In this document: one piece after another, positions 45,107-53,778 of the stretch
Layout of the letters: each line of letters starts with the position of its first letter
How positions within the stretch are numbered: the stretch's first letter is position 1
Origin: a virus
Taxonomy: Duplodnaviria > Caudoviricetes
Length of the DNA: 56,363 nucleotides
IMG/VR virus record: IMGVR_UViG_3300047373_000289
Span: 1-56,363 of that record
Direction: 5' to 3' (one strand)
Made by a program: the position numbers and the translations under genes
The notes under the pieces: generated by a model
Databases searched by the model: none
Seen by the model: only the letters and a program-made list of their open reading frames with translations
What the model was told of the DNA's origin: nothing

Positions 45107-46999
45107 TCATCGAACTGGGCATGCGCCCCCTTCGCAGTCATCAATCTCTACCTCATCTAATCCTAGCTGGGCAATTGATGTGATTGGAGTTACTGTCTTG
45201 CGCATCTCTAAGTATGTGCCTTCGTCAATCTCCTCCAGAGGAGCCTGCTTGAACCCGTGCTCGTTATGAAGCAAGAATGATACAGACTTTACATTCTTGA
45301 AGTTCTTGTCGAGCCACTCCTTGATACCATCTAGCTCTTCTTTACGGTAGTAAATAGTAACCGATACAGCATTGTCAGACCACTCAGCTTGCAGACGCTT
45401 GATCACTTCTAATTGATCCAAGGCTGTCATGTCGTTAGCGAACATGGTTCCTTTAGGGAACTTGCAAGGGAAACTTACAACGATAGTAGACTTATCTTCT
45501 GTGCCGTCAAAGTTCAACACGAATTCCACAGGGTACCCGTGCTTCCTGGCGGCATGTGCCAGACTGCTATCAGCTGACATGCGGATTCGTCGGATATAGT
45601 ACTCGCTGTATCCAGGGTGAGCTCCTGGTGTAACGCCAGCAAGAAGACTAAGCGTTCCAGATGGCTTAACTGTTGTAAGCTTAATGGATGCTGGATATCC
45701 TGCCAGTTCAGAGTATTCTTTGTCATATGATCGTAGGTAATCATAGCAGTCAGCTAACCAAGAGCGCTGTTCTTCAGTCGCTTGCAAGTATCCAGTGACT
45801 CCGATACCCATACGCATATTCTTGTGTACGATATCCTCAGTCTCCTTTACAGCACATTTGATAGCCAAGCTATGCTTGTTAATTCTATAAAGATAACGCG
45901 CAACTTTCTTAAGCTCTTCGTAATGCTCAATGTTCGGAAGATAAATCTCAGCCAAGCAGCACGTCTCGAAGTTCGCTAGAGATTGCTCAGCACAAGGATT
46001 GAATCCCTGTACATCTGGATCTGGGTACTCAACCTCAAAGGTGCGCCCCATTCGGCGTGATGCCTCAAGGTTAATAAGTCCGTAAGGCTCTCCGTTACCG
46101 TTGTATCCTTCCCAGAACTCAGCAGGCAGCTTCGAGATATCATCACAAACGACAGAATTATTACTCATCGCTCTCCAGTTGGGGATACCTCCTAAGTCCC
46201 AACGCTTTGCTTGCAAGTACTCTACATCATCGCAGTCTCCGATAGCAATCTGTGCTGACCTGCGAACGTTACCAGCAACTACGATTCTACCAATGATGTT
46301 CATCACATCAAGACAGTCAACAGGGCTGAGGCGCTGACCTGATTTCTTGTTTAAGATTTCATTGATCTCTTGCATACCCCAGACCAGATCCTCAGGTCCT
46401 GAAGCTGTTCCTCCGAATCCTTTAATGGCAGAGCCCTTGGATCGAATGAGATGTGTAGCATATGTAAAGTCCTCACCTGTAACGAATGAAGCCTCTAGGA
46501 CTCGCTGTAGAAGCTCTACCCATCCCTCACGGCTATCAGGCACAATGAAGTCTGCATCGTTTTCATCTATACGCTCTACCTTAACTCGGTTCTTAACCTT
46601 TGGTAGTTGGTATACGTTCTCTCGCTGGATGTTAAATCCTACACCTGAACCAAGCATAAGCATTTCGAATGCCCATGTGAATGGACGAATCGGATCATCT
46701 ACTACGACAAATGCGCAGTTTTGTAAGGAAGGCAGACCCAATCGGTCAACTGTTTTAGTACCTAGTTGCCAGAGAAATCGCCCTGCCACGGTGCCTTTCA
46801 GCTCCATCATTATCTTCTTCAGCTCTCCCTCTTCGAATTGGGAAAAGCCTACATTGAGTTGGTCACGACACGCATCAATCACACGATCAACGGTGTCCTC
46901 CCACTCTTCTGTTTTGCCATCGGCAGTTTGTCTGGAATAGGTACGCTTATAGACAGCATACCCTACCTCGCCCCAAGGGACAAGTGAAGGATCATACAT
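45107..46999 (-). CDS. nrdJ: class II (adenosylcobalamin-dependent) ribonucleotide reductase
   Basis: YKRTYSR, GRFLW, LQNC, VVAGNVRRSA, GFNPCAEQ, VKPSGTLS and C-terminal CEGGACPVR; no NrdB partner. Confidence 0.92.
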   Translation of the reverse strand: MYDPSLVPWGEVGYAVYKRTYSRQTADGKTEEWEDTVDRVIDACRDQLNVGFSQFEEGELKKIMMELKGTVAGRFLWQLGTKTVDRLGLPSLQNCAFVVVDDPIRPFTWAFEMLMLGSGVGFNIQRENVYQLPKVKNRVKVERIDENDADFIVPDSREGWVELLQRVLEASFVTGEDFTYATHLIRSKGSAIKGFGGTASGPEDLVWGMQEINEILNKKSGQRLSPVDCLDVMNIIGRIVVAGNVRRSAQIAIGDCDDVEYLQAKRWDLGGIPNWRAMSNNSVVCDDISKLPAEFWEGYNGNGEPYGLINLEASRRMGRTFEVEYPDPDVQGFNPCAEQSLANFETCCLAEIYLPNIEHYEELKKVARYLYRINKHSLAIKCAVKETEDIVHKNMRMGIGVTGYLQATEEQRSWLADCYDYLRSYDKEYSELAGYPASIKLTTVKPSGTLSLLAGVTPGAHPGYSEYYIRRIRMSADSSLAHAARKHGYPVEFVLNFDGTEDKSTIVVSFPCKFPKGTMFANDMTALDQLEVIKRLQAEWSDNAVSVTIYYRKEELDGIKEWLDKNFKNVKSVSFLLHNEHGFKQAPLEEIDEGTYLEMRKTVTPITSIAQLGLDEVEIDDCEGGACPVR

Positions 47000-47031
47000 A
47001 GTAAAAAAATTAAAAAATTAAAAACGGACTA

Positions 47032-47039
47032 CTAAGATA
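47032..47039 (-). promoter_or_regulatory. variant -7 element TATCTTAG upstream of nrdJ
   Basis: One mismatch to TAnnTTTG; intergenic. Confidence 0.45.
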
Positions 47040-47040
47040 G

Positions 47041-47565
47041 TCAATAGTCCTTAAAATACTTCCACACCCTGTACGTTTCTAAAGACCTGAGGTCCAACAA
47101 GTTAAGTGTTGTTATGACATCCTCTCGATCTTTTCGAGTGTACTTTTTCTTGTATGAATCTCGCTTATGCGACACAAATACATCTTCCACATTCTCCTCG
47201 CAGTAAGACACTAGGTCTTCTCGATCTACGATACTGAATCCACCCTCCTCAGGCATGTCGAATGCTATAATCTTAGCACCACCATACATCCATCCTGGGT
47301 TGCCAGCTACGTTCTTAAACTCACACCAAATCTCATCTGGTAGGTTATTGCCCTTTACATCTACACCCCACTTACCCTCGATGCCTTCATACTGCATCCA
47401 GAAGTCAACATGCATATGCACATCATCTTTTCTGCCTGACTTCACGACCTGAAGACCTAAGTCTCTTGCCGCACGTTCGAAGCGTACTTCAGCTACCCTT
47501 CCTGTTGAGAACGAATATCGTTTCCTGCTTTGACTTTGCATCTTGGTTTGCTTCAGAATGTTCAA
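47041..47565 (-). CDS. PD-(D/E)XK-like nuclease
   Basis: GRVAE...HVDFW...VDVKG...WCEFKNVAGNPGW. The true start may be downstream of the track start. Confidence 0.7.
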   Translation of the reverse strand: MNILKQTKMQSQSRKRYSFSTGRVAEVRFERAARDLGLQVVKSGRKDDVHMHVDFWMQYEGIEGKWGVDVKGNNLPDEIWCEFKNVAGNPGWMYGGAKIIAFDMPEEGGFSIVDREDLVSYCEENVEDVFVSHKRDSYKKKYTRKDREDVITTLNLLDLRSLETYRVWKYFKDY

Positions 47566-47773
47566 ATGAAGCTTCCTTTACAAGGTCTAGCTCCTGGTTC
47601 ATCATTATGCGAATACCAGCAACCATATTGGCTATGTTGCCAGAGTCCTCACGTGGATCTCCGTTTTCATCGAATAGCTCTTCGAAAAACTCATCAATGA
47701 GTTCATGAAGCCTTACGGTGGCTATCCTGTAGCTAGCTCCTAGCTGTTCCTTTGTTAACTCGTTTTTTGCCAT
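47489..47773 (-). CDS. hypothetical protein
   Basis: 94-aa helical ORF within the operon. Confidence 0.7.
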   Translation of the reverse strand: MAKNELTKEQLGASYRIATVRLHELIDEFFEELFDENGDPREDSGNIANMVAGIRIMMNQELDLVKEASFEHSEANQDAKSKQETIFVLNRKGS

Positions 47774-48221
47774 ATCCTAGTTCTTTAAGTTTTACTATAG
47801 CCTGCTCAATCTGATGTTTGTTTTTACAGATGAACAAAGCGGGGACTGGTTCTCCTGAGTCTATCAAGTGCTTAAGGAACAACTTCCAACGCATCGGAAA
47901 GTCATGATGCGAAGGAGTGTACCCTTTGGTTTCGATAATCCATTCTCCGTTTGGTCCTACGAAGTCTGGAGTGTATTTAATGGGAAGGACTATCGCACCG
48001 CTACGATCCGACAAGTCTTTCCGCTTAGTAGTCATTTTCAGGTAAGTTCCTGGATACCTAAACTTCTCCACGAGCATATACTCATGGGTCTCGTAGGTGA
48101 AGCTGATCTTATGCTCAGACAATAAGTCCGCACATGTCTTCTCTAATCCGCTCTTATACTTACCTAAATTGCGTTTTTTAGCTGATTTACGCTTAGGAGT
48201 TCCGCTTTTCTGTCGTTTCAC
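47733..48221 (-). CDS. T7 endonuclease I-like Holliday junction resolvase
   Basis: YKSGLE...YE...YTPDF...IIETKG. Confidence 0.8.
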   Translation of the reverse strand: MKRQKSGTPKRKSAKKRNLGKYKSGLEKTCADLLSEHKISFTYETHEYMLVEKFRYPGTYLKMTTKRKDLSDRSGAIVLPIKYTPDFVGPNGEWIIETKGYTPSHHDFPMRWKLFLKHLIDSGEPVPALFICKNKHQIEQAIVKLKELGYGKKRVNKGTARS

Positions 48222-48226
48222 TTAGG

Positions 48227-48234
48227 CTAAGTTA
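48227..48234 (-). promoter_or_regulatory. variant -7 element TAACTTAG
   Basis: In a 17-nt gap, 5 nt before the GTG at 48221. Confidence 0.45.
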
Positions 48235-48238
48235 CAGC

Positions 48239-50056
48239 CTAATTCTCTAAAAAAGAAGAGTTTATAGGAAATACAAAGGGTTCTTGCTTTCCACCCTCTA
48301 AATCAACAGACTCAAACATCATTTTCTGAGTCTTAAACGCACGGAATCCAGTTCTCGATGTGTTCATTTCAAATCGGAATGGCTCTTCTAGCGGAGTAGG
48401 CTCACCACCTGTCTCAACGTCACGCACCTTACGTACATGGAACTCTGTGATCTTGCGTTCCGCAGGGATTGGATGCTGTACCTTTCTGTGTATAGTCAAG
48501 AACGAATCTGCTCGATTGACGAACTTACCTCCACCCTCAGTGTCCTCGGCATAGGGAGCTACAGGTAGCCCATCCTCACCTTTGATGCGCTGTGAAGCTG
48601 TAACAGCGTGCATGTTTAACCATACCGCGATGTTATTTGCTGTAGAGAATGTAAGGAACTCAGATGCCGCCTCGTAGTGATACTCGTGTACACCAATACC
48701 TGACTTACCCATGTCGAGCTTAAGGCTGTTGTACGGGTCGATAAATACAGCATCTACCTCCTGTTGCTTCATTACTTTCTCAAGGAACACAATAATATCT
48801 GAGTAGCTGTACACTTGTTTGTTACTGATTACAGTAAAGTACTTGCCAACCCACTCGTATGCCTTCTTGCGCTCCATGTAATTCATAGAACTGATTGGTT
48901 TGTTAAGAGCGAATTGTATAAGGCTCATCTTTAGCGAGGCTGTACGATTCTCTGATGAGTACACAACCCACTTCCAGCCATGCCGCACGGTAGCGTTGAC
49001 CATAAGATACAGAGCCATAGTAGTTTTACCCACGTTGCTGTGCCCATTGATGATAGTGAACTCTCGCTTGTACCTGAAGTATTGGTCTAGATCGGTATCT
49101 CCTGTGTCTAAACCTACAGGTATACGTCCGTTTGCGTAGTCATCAATCCATCTGAAGTCCTCGTCATCTGACGATATGAAAGACATATCCCCATCATTCA
49201 CCAACATCTCACGCTGTGCCTTCTTCTCGTCGTCGATAGTAGTTCGGATAGGGTCTTGCTTGCCCTTCTCGATAGCGTCTCGGATGGTGTTGATGGTGTG
49301 CTTCTCGTCATCTACATCACGCTTGAGTATCTCACGAGTGAGTACACGGACTACCTCGTCCTCCTCCATACGCCCAGCAGCTACATACCCGCCACACAGC
49401 CTAGCAGCACGAAGAAGGGTAGCATGTTTCTCCCCGTCATCGCACTGACGTATCATACGCGCAGCTAGATTTAACTTTAAGTAATCGGTGTAAACTCCTG
49501 ATTGTGAGACAGCTACCTGTGATTCACTCTTCTCGGTTGCGAATGCCCCGAAGGCGGATGATTCATCTTTGATGATGATGTCTGGGTCATATGACTCGAA
49601 GCATGCACGGGATTCGTTAATGCCCGATTCATCTACCTCTAGGTCATACTGCTTACTGAAGTATGTACGTAATGCACGGAAGTGATCGCGGTGTCGTTCA
49701 GGATGGGTTATCCTGACTAACGCCTTGAGCCCATCACCTGACGGAGATACCCAACAGCTGTATACATACGGGTCGGTACTGAGAAGAGCCTTGGATACAT
49801 TAACATCAATGTGATCGAAATCCAGAACAATGAATCCGCTATGCTTCTCAATTGCTTGGTCTTTCCTGTCGCCAAACTCACCGCTGAATAATACAACGGG
49901 TAGGCTCTTTTTGAAATCTTTTTCTCCACCACGAACAGCTTCAATCGTTGGCGCAGAAATCCCCTCCTGTATTCTTTTGAGGGCAGTCACAATCGGAATC
50001 ACATGGGCATCCGCCTTGGACTTTTTGTACAGGTCTTTGTATATCGTTACGTTCAT
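48239..50056 (-). CDS. primase-helicase (BT4734/VirE-N-like primase fused to DnaB-like helicase)
   Basis: KKSLP..FSG.F, LDFDH, SPSGDGLK, RACFESYDP; GHSNVGKTT, FIDPYN, KVR. Confidence 0.85.
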   Translation of the reverse strand: MNVTIYKDLYKKSKADAHVIPIVTALKRIQEGISAPTIEAVRGGEKDFKKSLPVVLFSGEFGDRKDQAIEKHSGFIVLDFDHIDVNVSKALLSTDPYVYSCWVSPSGDGLKALVRITHPERHRDHFRALRTYFSKQYDLEVDESGINESRACFESYDPDIIIKDESSAFGAFATEKSESQVAVSQSGVYTDYLKLNLAARMIRQCDDGEKHATLLRAARLCGGYVAAGRMEEDEVVRVLTREILKRDVDDEKHTINTIRDAIEKGKQDPIRTTIDDEKKAQREMLVNDGDMSFISSDDEDFRWIDDYANGRIPVGLDTGDTDLDQYFRYKREFTIINGHSNVGKTTMALYLMVNATVRHGWKWVVYSSENRTASLKMSLIQFALNKPISSMNYMERKKAYEWVGKYFTVISNKQVYSYSDIIVFLEKVMKQQEVDAVFIDPYNSLKLDMGKSGIGVHEYHYEAASEFLTFSTANNIAVWLNMHAVTASQRIKGEDGLPVAPYAEDTEGGGKFVNRADSFLTIHRKVQHPIPAERKITEFHVRKVRDVETGGEPTPLEEPFRFEMNTSRTGFRAFKTQKMMFESVDLEGGKQEPFVFPINSSFLEN

Positions 50057-50282
50057 CCGAGTATTTGTATTCGAGTAATAAATTTAGGTAGTGGATAGCC
50101 TTAAGCACATCCTCCTTGCCGTTCTTGAATTCGTGGCGGCATACGTACTTAATTACATTCCCCTCTATGAAGGGTATGTTATTGGCGGCTATGAAGTCAG
50201 TGGGTTGAATCTTCATTTCCTTGTAGTGCTTGCCTCCTACTTGTTTGTCGCTATGTTTCATTTGGTCGTGATGTTGTTCCAA
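49941..50282 (-). CDS. DUF3310 (SaV-like) protein
   Basis: QVGGKHY...IQP...GNVIKYVCR..KNGKEDVLKAIHY. The start may be 50261. Confidence 0.8.
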   Translation of the reverse strand: MEQHHDQMKHSDKQVGGKHYKEMKIQPTDFIAANNIPFIEGNVIKYVCRHEFKNGKEDVLKAIHYLNLLLEYKYSDERNDIQRPVQKVQGGCPCDSDCDCPQKNTGGDFCAND

Positions 50283-50499
50283 CTTGTTTTATCGAAGTTA
50301 TGGAATCAATCACAATGGTCTTGTTCTTAGCCTTGGCTGTGAATAGTTCCCTCTCAAGCCTAGACATTGTTTTACCATCGTTCTTCATGATGTCCATAGG
50401 TTCGTTGTACTGGCTTACGATCCACACGTTTCTAGACTGTGGTCGCTTATTCTTAATAGTAGTGACCTTTGCGGTCATGGAGTATATAGGTCGTCCCAT
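50251..50499 (-). CDS. hypothetical protein
   Basis: 82-aa ORF within the operon. Confidence 0.65.
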   Translation of the reverse strand: MGRPIYSMTAKVTTIKNKRPQSRNVWIVSQYNEPMDIMKNDGKTMSRLERELFTAKAKNKTIVIDSITSIKQVGTTSRPNET

Positions 50500-50511
50500 A
50501 ATATTAGAGGG

Positions 50512-50541
50512 AAGAAAGGGGTAGAGCTTTCACCCTACCCC
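50512..50541 (-). terminator. intrinsic terminator after SSB
   Basis: On - strand: GGGGTAGGGT-GAAA-GCTCTACCCC-TTTCTT. Confidence 0.75.
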
Positions 50542-50562
50542 CATCCCTGATAAAGCAATCTA

Positions 50563-50865
50563 TTAGAATGGAAGGTCAGAAGACCCTTCGGATTTAGTTG
50601 CTGTCCGACGCTCTTGCGCCGCTTCACTGTTAGGATCCCATACGCTCAGGCATGGCTTGCCATTCTTCGACATGAATAGTCGAAATCTAACGTTGCCGCC
50701 CTGACCCTGTGCATCACGCTTGGTGGTGTACTGGTCGATGGCATCCTTAAGCTCGTTGTCCTTGAGGCGGAAAGACCACCCCATCAACTCGCCATTGTCA
50801 TTGTAGCTTGGCTCATCGGCCCAGCCTACTAGTACGCTTTCGTACTTCTTTGTTTGTTCACTCAT
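50563..50865 (-). CDS. putative single-stranded DNA-binding protein
   Basis: Small beta protein ending in SSDLPF, next to recombination genes. Confidence 0.65.
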   Translation of the reverse strand: MSEQTKKYESVLVGWADEPSYNDNGELMGWSFRLKDNELKDAIDQYTTKRDAQGQGGNVRFRLFMSKNGKPCLSVWDPNSEAAQERRTATKSEGSSDLPF

Positions 50866-50951
50866 TTGTAGAGAAAGTTAGTAAATAAGACATGAAAAAT
50901 AATTGCACCTGCAATAAGAAAAGTTCGTTTGATTAATTTTTTATACTTCAT
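50862..50951 (-). CDS. 29-aa single-TM micropeptide
   Basis: MKYKKLIKRTFLIAGAIIFHVLFTNFLYK*; fills the gap and has an ATGA overlap with SSB. Confidence 0.6.
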   Translation of the reverse strand: MKYKKLIKRTFLIAGAIIFHVLFTNFLYK

Positions 50952-51723
50952 AGTTTAGGTAATCTGTTTGTGGATTATAGTCTTGCTCAAGGAAGTTTGT
51001 GATACGCTTGAGAGCGTCATGAAACTTCATCTCTCCTGTAAACAGGGTGGAGTCAGAGCATTTAACGAGGGCAGGAAGGTACGGGTAAGTTTTCTCTTGT
51101 ACAACCCAATAGAAATCTTTTATTCCAAATACTTGTGTGTAGATGTAAGCTTGGATGTCATATGAGAAGTCCTTGATAGCATACCGAAACTTCTCTGAGC
51201 TACGTGCTGACTTACTATCGCTAATGAATCCATCGCCTAAGCAGTCGAGGAATCCCTTCACTTGTATGCCATGTAGCTCTTCGAGGAATCCTACCTGATA
51301 ATCACCCTTGAGGTGAGAGTCAAGCAAACCACATGTGGCTAGCCTGTCGATCATGTCGTTAGCCATCTTCCACTCATCTCCCGACACTATTGTCTTCCCT
51401 TCCTCAGCCGCTTCCTCTTTGATTTCCGTTAGCTTAGCCTTGTACTCGGCAGTAAGTGTAGGTTTCTTAGAGGCTTGAGCCTTGTCTGACAGCGTGTTTA
51501 CGATAGCAGATGGAGACATGACTGTGTACTTCTCGAATGCTTTGTCCCGTTCGAACAACAGCATATCGTACATGGTGCCGAACTCTAGCGCATCTGATTT
51601 GTATTTGACTTCACCCTTCATGTAGCGATCGAACTGAGCCATATCGCCTAGGGCTTGCTTGAGAGACGAGTACGACAAGTGAGACTTGCCGTACCGCTCC
51701 ATTAATTTATCTGATATATTCAT
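50941..51723 (-). CDS. PD-(D/E)XK exonuclease (RecE/DUF3799-like)
   Basis: LSYSSLK...FGT..D..LFE...KGFLD...ISDSKS...YDIQAYIY...VQEK..PY. Confidence 0.8.
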   Translation of the reverse strand: MNISDKLMERYGKSHLSYSSLKQALGDMAQFDRYMKGEVKYKSDALEFGTMYDMLLFERDKAFEKYTVMSPSAIVNTLSDKAQASKKPTLTAEYKAKLTEIKEEAAEEGKTIVSGDEWKMANDMIDRLATCGLLDSHLKGDYQVGFLEELHGIQVKGFLDCLGDGFISDSKSARSSEKFRYAIKDFSYDIQAYIYTQVFGIKDFYWVVQEKTYPYLPALVKCSDSTLFTGEMKFHDALKRITNFLEQDYNPQTDYLNYEV

Positions 51724-52028
51724 TGGTCTTCGTATAATGGTGTGCCGTCTTCAAGCATGTACTCATAGGTTTCTATCTCAGCCCAGTGTGTGGGATTACC
51801 AGCAGTACACCAAAAGGCTTTACCCTTTTTGTTGATGTGATACTCTGCGATGTCTACATCACCTAAGAAGTCCTTATGCTTAATGAAGTAAAGCCCAGTA
51901 CATAGTGGTTTCTCATCGTCATTATCAACCCATCTCTTGGGCATCTTAGAGTTCAGACATTGAGTGCGAAACCTGTGAAACGTAGCTATGTTGGTAAGCT
52001 TCCGATTCATTACTGGGTACTTGCTCAT
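51720..52028 (-). CDS. hypothetical protein (DUF551-like C-terminus)
   Basis: PTHWAEI motif; ATGA overlaps on both sides. Confidence 0.65.
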   Translation of the reverse strand: MSKYPVMNRKLTNIATFHRFRTQCLNSKMPKRWVDNDDEKPLCTGLYFIKHKDFLGDVDIAEYHINKKGKAFWCTAGNPTHWAEIETYEYMLEDGTPLYEDQ

Positions 52029-52591
52029 CGTACAAACTTCTGCAAGCCAGACATTTGCTTGTCTGTAAGGCTTTCACCGTACTTACCTACGATTGATTCA
52101 TAAGCTTTCTTCTTGTCGGTCTGCGACTTGATGTAAGCAACAGCCTTGTCCATGATATTCTCAGGCGGGTCAGTATCAAACTTCTCCTGCGCTTTCTTAA
52201 TCATCTTCTTAGCCTTGGTAGGTTCGGCAGTCTCTTGCTTAGCGATAGCATCTGACACCTCGTTAGCTGAAGCGATTGATGTGTCAATACCAATCCCTAA
52301 CATAGCCAATGCACGACCGATAGCTGATGTCTCGCAGTTCTCTACGTAGCTAGTCTTGTTGATGTTGCTACTGCCCTGCACTTCGTGTGCATGACCTACT
52401 GATATGATGCGATGTTCGGGATCAGCAATGGACGCCTTGCATACACATTGAGCATCGTCTAGCACAGTAAACTCTGTGATAAGACTCCAGTTCTTGTACT
52501 GCTCCTCCTGTCGGAAGAACTTGATTCGTTCGTTGACCTCAACGTACTGCTTGCCACGAATGTTCGTGGTCTTGAATTTGTAATTACTCAT
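52025..52591 (-). CDS. Rad52/Sak-like single-strand annealing protein
   Basis: IRGKQYVEVNERI...GHAHE...ENCETSAIGRALAMLGIG. Confidence 0.7.
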   Translation of the reverse strand: MSNYKFKTTNIRGKQYVEVNERIKFFRQEEQYKNWSLITEFTVLDDAQCVCKASIADPEHRIISVGHAHEVQGSSNINKTSYVENCETSAIGRALAMLGIGIDTSIASANEVSDAIAKQETAEPTKAKKMIKKAQEKFDTDPPENIMDKAVAYIKSQTDKKKAYESIVGKYGESLTDKQMSGLQKFVR

Positions 52592-52956
52592 ACGAGTTCT
52601 TGTTTTAGATTTTCAGCTAGACCCTCTAGCCTTTTGATTTGGATTCGAATTGTTTTTAGTTTGTCCTCAATGCTGTTGTATCGGAGGTGCATATTGCACA
52701 GCCTTACAGCTAACAGGTACTTGTCTTCATACCCATCCCATGAGAATAAATTGGCTTCGTGCTGACCAGTGTGGTGTACTACTGTGCTGTGGTCTTTACC
52801 AAAGCTTTTGCCTACTTCCGTCTTGGTCATGTGCTGAGCCATAGCAACCATTAGTGCGGCTCGTGCCTGAACTTGTGGTGCTTCTCTAGATGTATTGGGG
52901 GTGAGGTTGAGGGTAGCATAGTACTCCTCTTGTAGCCTTTTAATGTCATCATTCAT
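52588..52956 (-). CDS. DnaA C-terminal-like HTH protein
   Basis: SR....VQAR...EVGKSFGKDHSTVVH. Confidence 0.7.
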   Translation of the reverse strand: MNDDIKRLQEEYYATLNLTPNTSREAPQVQARAALMVAMAQHMTKTEVGKSFGKDHSTVVHHTGQHEANLFSWDGYEDKYLLAVRLCNMHLRYNSIEDKLKTIRIQIKRLEGLAENLKQELV

Positions 52957-52970
52957 TCGATTTGCTGGTT

Positions 52971-52978
52971 CAAAGTTA
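52971..52978 (-). promoter_or_regulatory. -7 promoter element TAACTTTG, replication operon
   Basis: Intergenic match upstream of the ATG at 52956. Confidence 0.7.
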
Positions 52979-52998
52979 AAGTTTAATTGTGATTAATG

Positions 52999-53102
52999 CA
53001 AGGAAAGGAGAGACTTTGTTTCTCAATGCTCTCAATGGTGCTTATCGCTAGGCAACTGGCACGTTGCAGGATCTCCCTGCACACCATCCGTCTCTCCCCT
53101 TG
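52999..53102. ncRNA. candidate structured RNA or branched terminator
   Basis: Nested inverted repeats CAAGG/CCTTG, GGAGAGAC/GTCTCTCC, ATGGTG/CACCAT and TGCAGG/CCTGCA in an intergenic gap. Confidence 0.55.
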
Positions 53103-53417
53103 TCAGCGTTCTGACAATGCCATGTCGTAACTGCTGAGGATTTCGTAGAACTTAACGTAGTAATACATAGACCTTGACACTTCGGTAAGGCTATTGGCTA
53201 CACGCTCCACAGATATACTATCTTCTTTGAGAAGGTCTTCGACCAAACTCTCTGCGATATCAGGGAACTGAGGTAGATACTCTGACACATCTTTGCTTAG
53301 CCATACGTCAATATCTGCTTCAAGTATATCGTCGCAAGCATACGTGGCTGCTAAACGTTCTGCGTTAGATGGTTCTTTGTTTTTCAATACAATTTGAATT
53401 GCTTGTTCGTTAGTCAT
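53103..53417 (-). CDS. hypothetical protein
   Basis: 104-aa acidic ORF. Confidence 0.7.
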   Translation of the reverse strand: MTNEQAIQIVLKNKEPSNAERLAATYACDDILEADIDVWLSKDVSEYLPQFPDIAESLVEDLLKEDSISVERVANSLTEVSRSMYYYVKFYEILSSYDMALSER

Positions 53418-53553
53418 ATGTAATGTTTAATACCAGTTGTATGTTAGTCCCTGTCTTCTCAGCGTATGCACCAGACGGGGTGTAGTATGTCTTACCGTCT
53501 CGCTCATAACTCCATAGCTGTTGTGTAATTTCAGAATCCGTATTCCATCCCAT
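53410..53553 (-). CDS. 47-aa hypothetical protein
   Basis: MGWNTDSEITQQLWSYERDGKTYYTPSGAYAEKTGTNIQLVLNITYD*; fills the gap between track ORFs. Confidence 0.6.
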   Translation of the reverse strand: MGWNTDSEITQQLWSYERDGKTYYTPSGAYAEKTGTNIQLVLNITYD

Positions 53554-53713
53554 CTTCGTATAATTTTTTAAGTTTAATGTCTAGTGTTCCGTCGTAGTAG
53601 TCAGCTTCGGGTGACCTCATCACCTCCATGAAGCTTTCAAATAGTTTCTCTGCGTCGGCTTGCCTAGCTAGCTTCCTGTGTACTTCAGGGTATTCTTTTT
53701 CTAGTGTTGTCAT
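53531..53713 (-). CDS. hypothetical protein
   Basis: 60-aa track ORF. Confidence 0.65.
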   Translation of the reverse strand: MTTLEKEYPEVHRKLARQADAEKLFESFMEVMRSPEADYYDGTLDIKLKKLYEDGMEYGF

Positions 53714-53778
53714 TTGTTTCCGTTTTTAAAGAACCATCCAAACTTGTTGTTAAACCAAGTCGGAAGATCCACACTCAT
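53710..53778 (-). CDS. 22-aa aromatic micropeptide
   Basis: MSVDLPTWFNNKFGWFFKNGNK*; ATGA overlap with the downstream gene. Confidence 0.55.
   Translation of the reverse strand: MSVDLPTWFNNKFGWFFKNGNK

Noticed and set aside
46347-46940. 197-aa plus-strand ORF opposite nrdJ, and similar antisense ORFs
   Set aside because: Antisense shadows with no protein-like features or expression signals.
49941-50056. Cys-rich tail (CPCDSDCDCP) of the DUF3310 ORF
   Set aside because: It lies wholly in the overlap with the primase start and is probably incidental run-on.
53035-53087. Hammerhead, HDV-like ribozyme or SAM riboswitch identity for the structured element
   Set aside because: No CUGANGA/GAAA core, HDV pseudoknot or SAM-I consensus could be assembled; kept only as an unclassified candidate.
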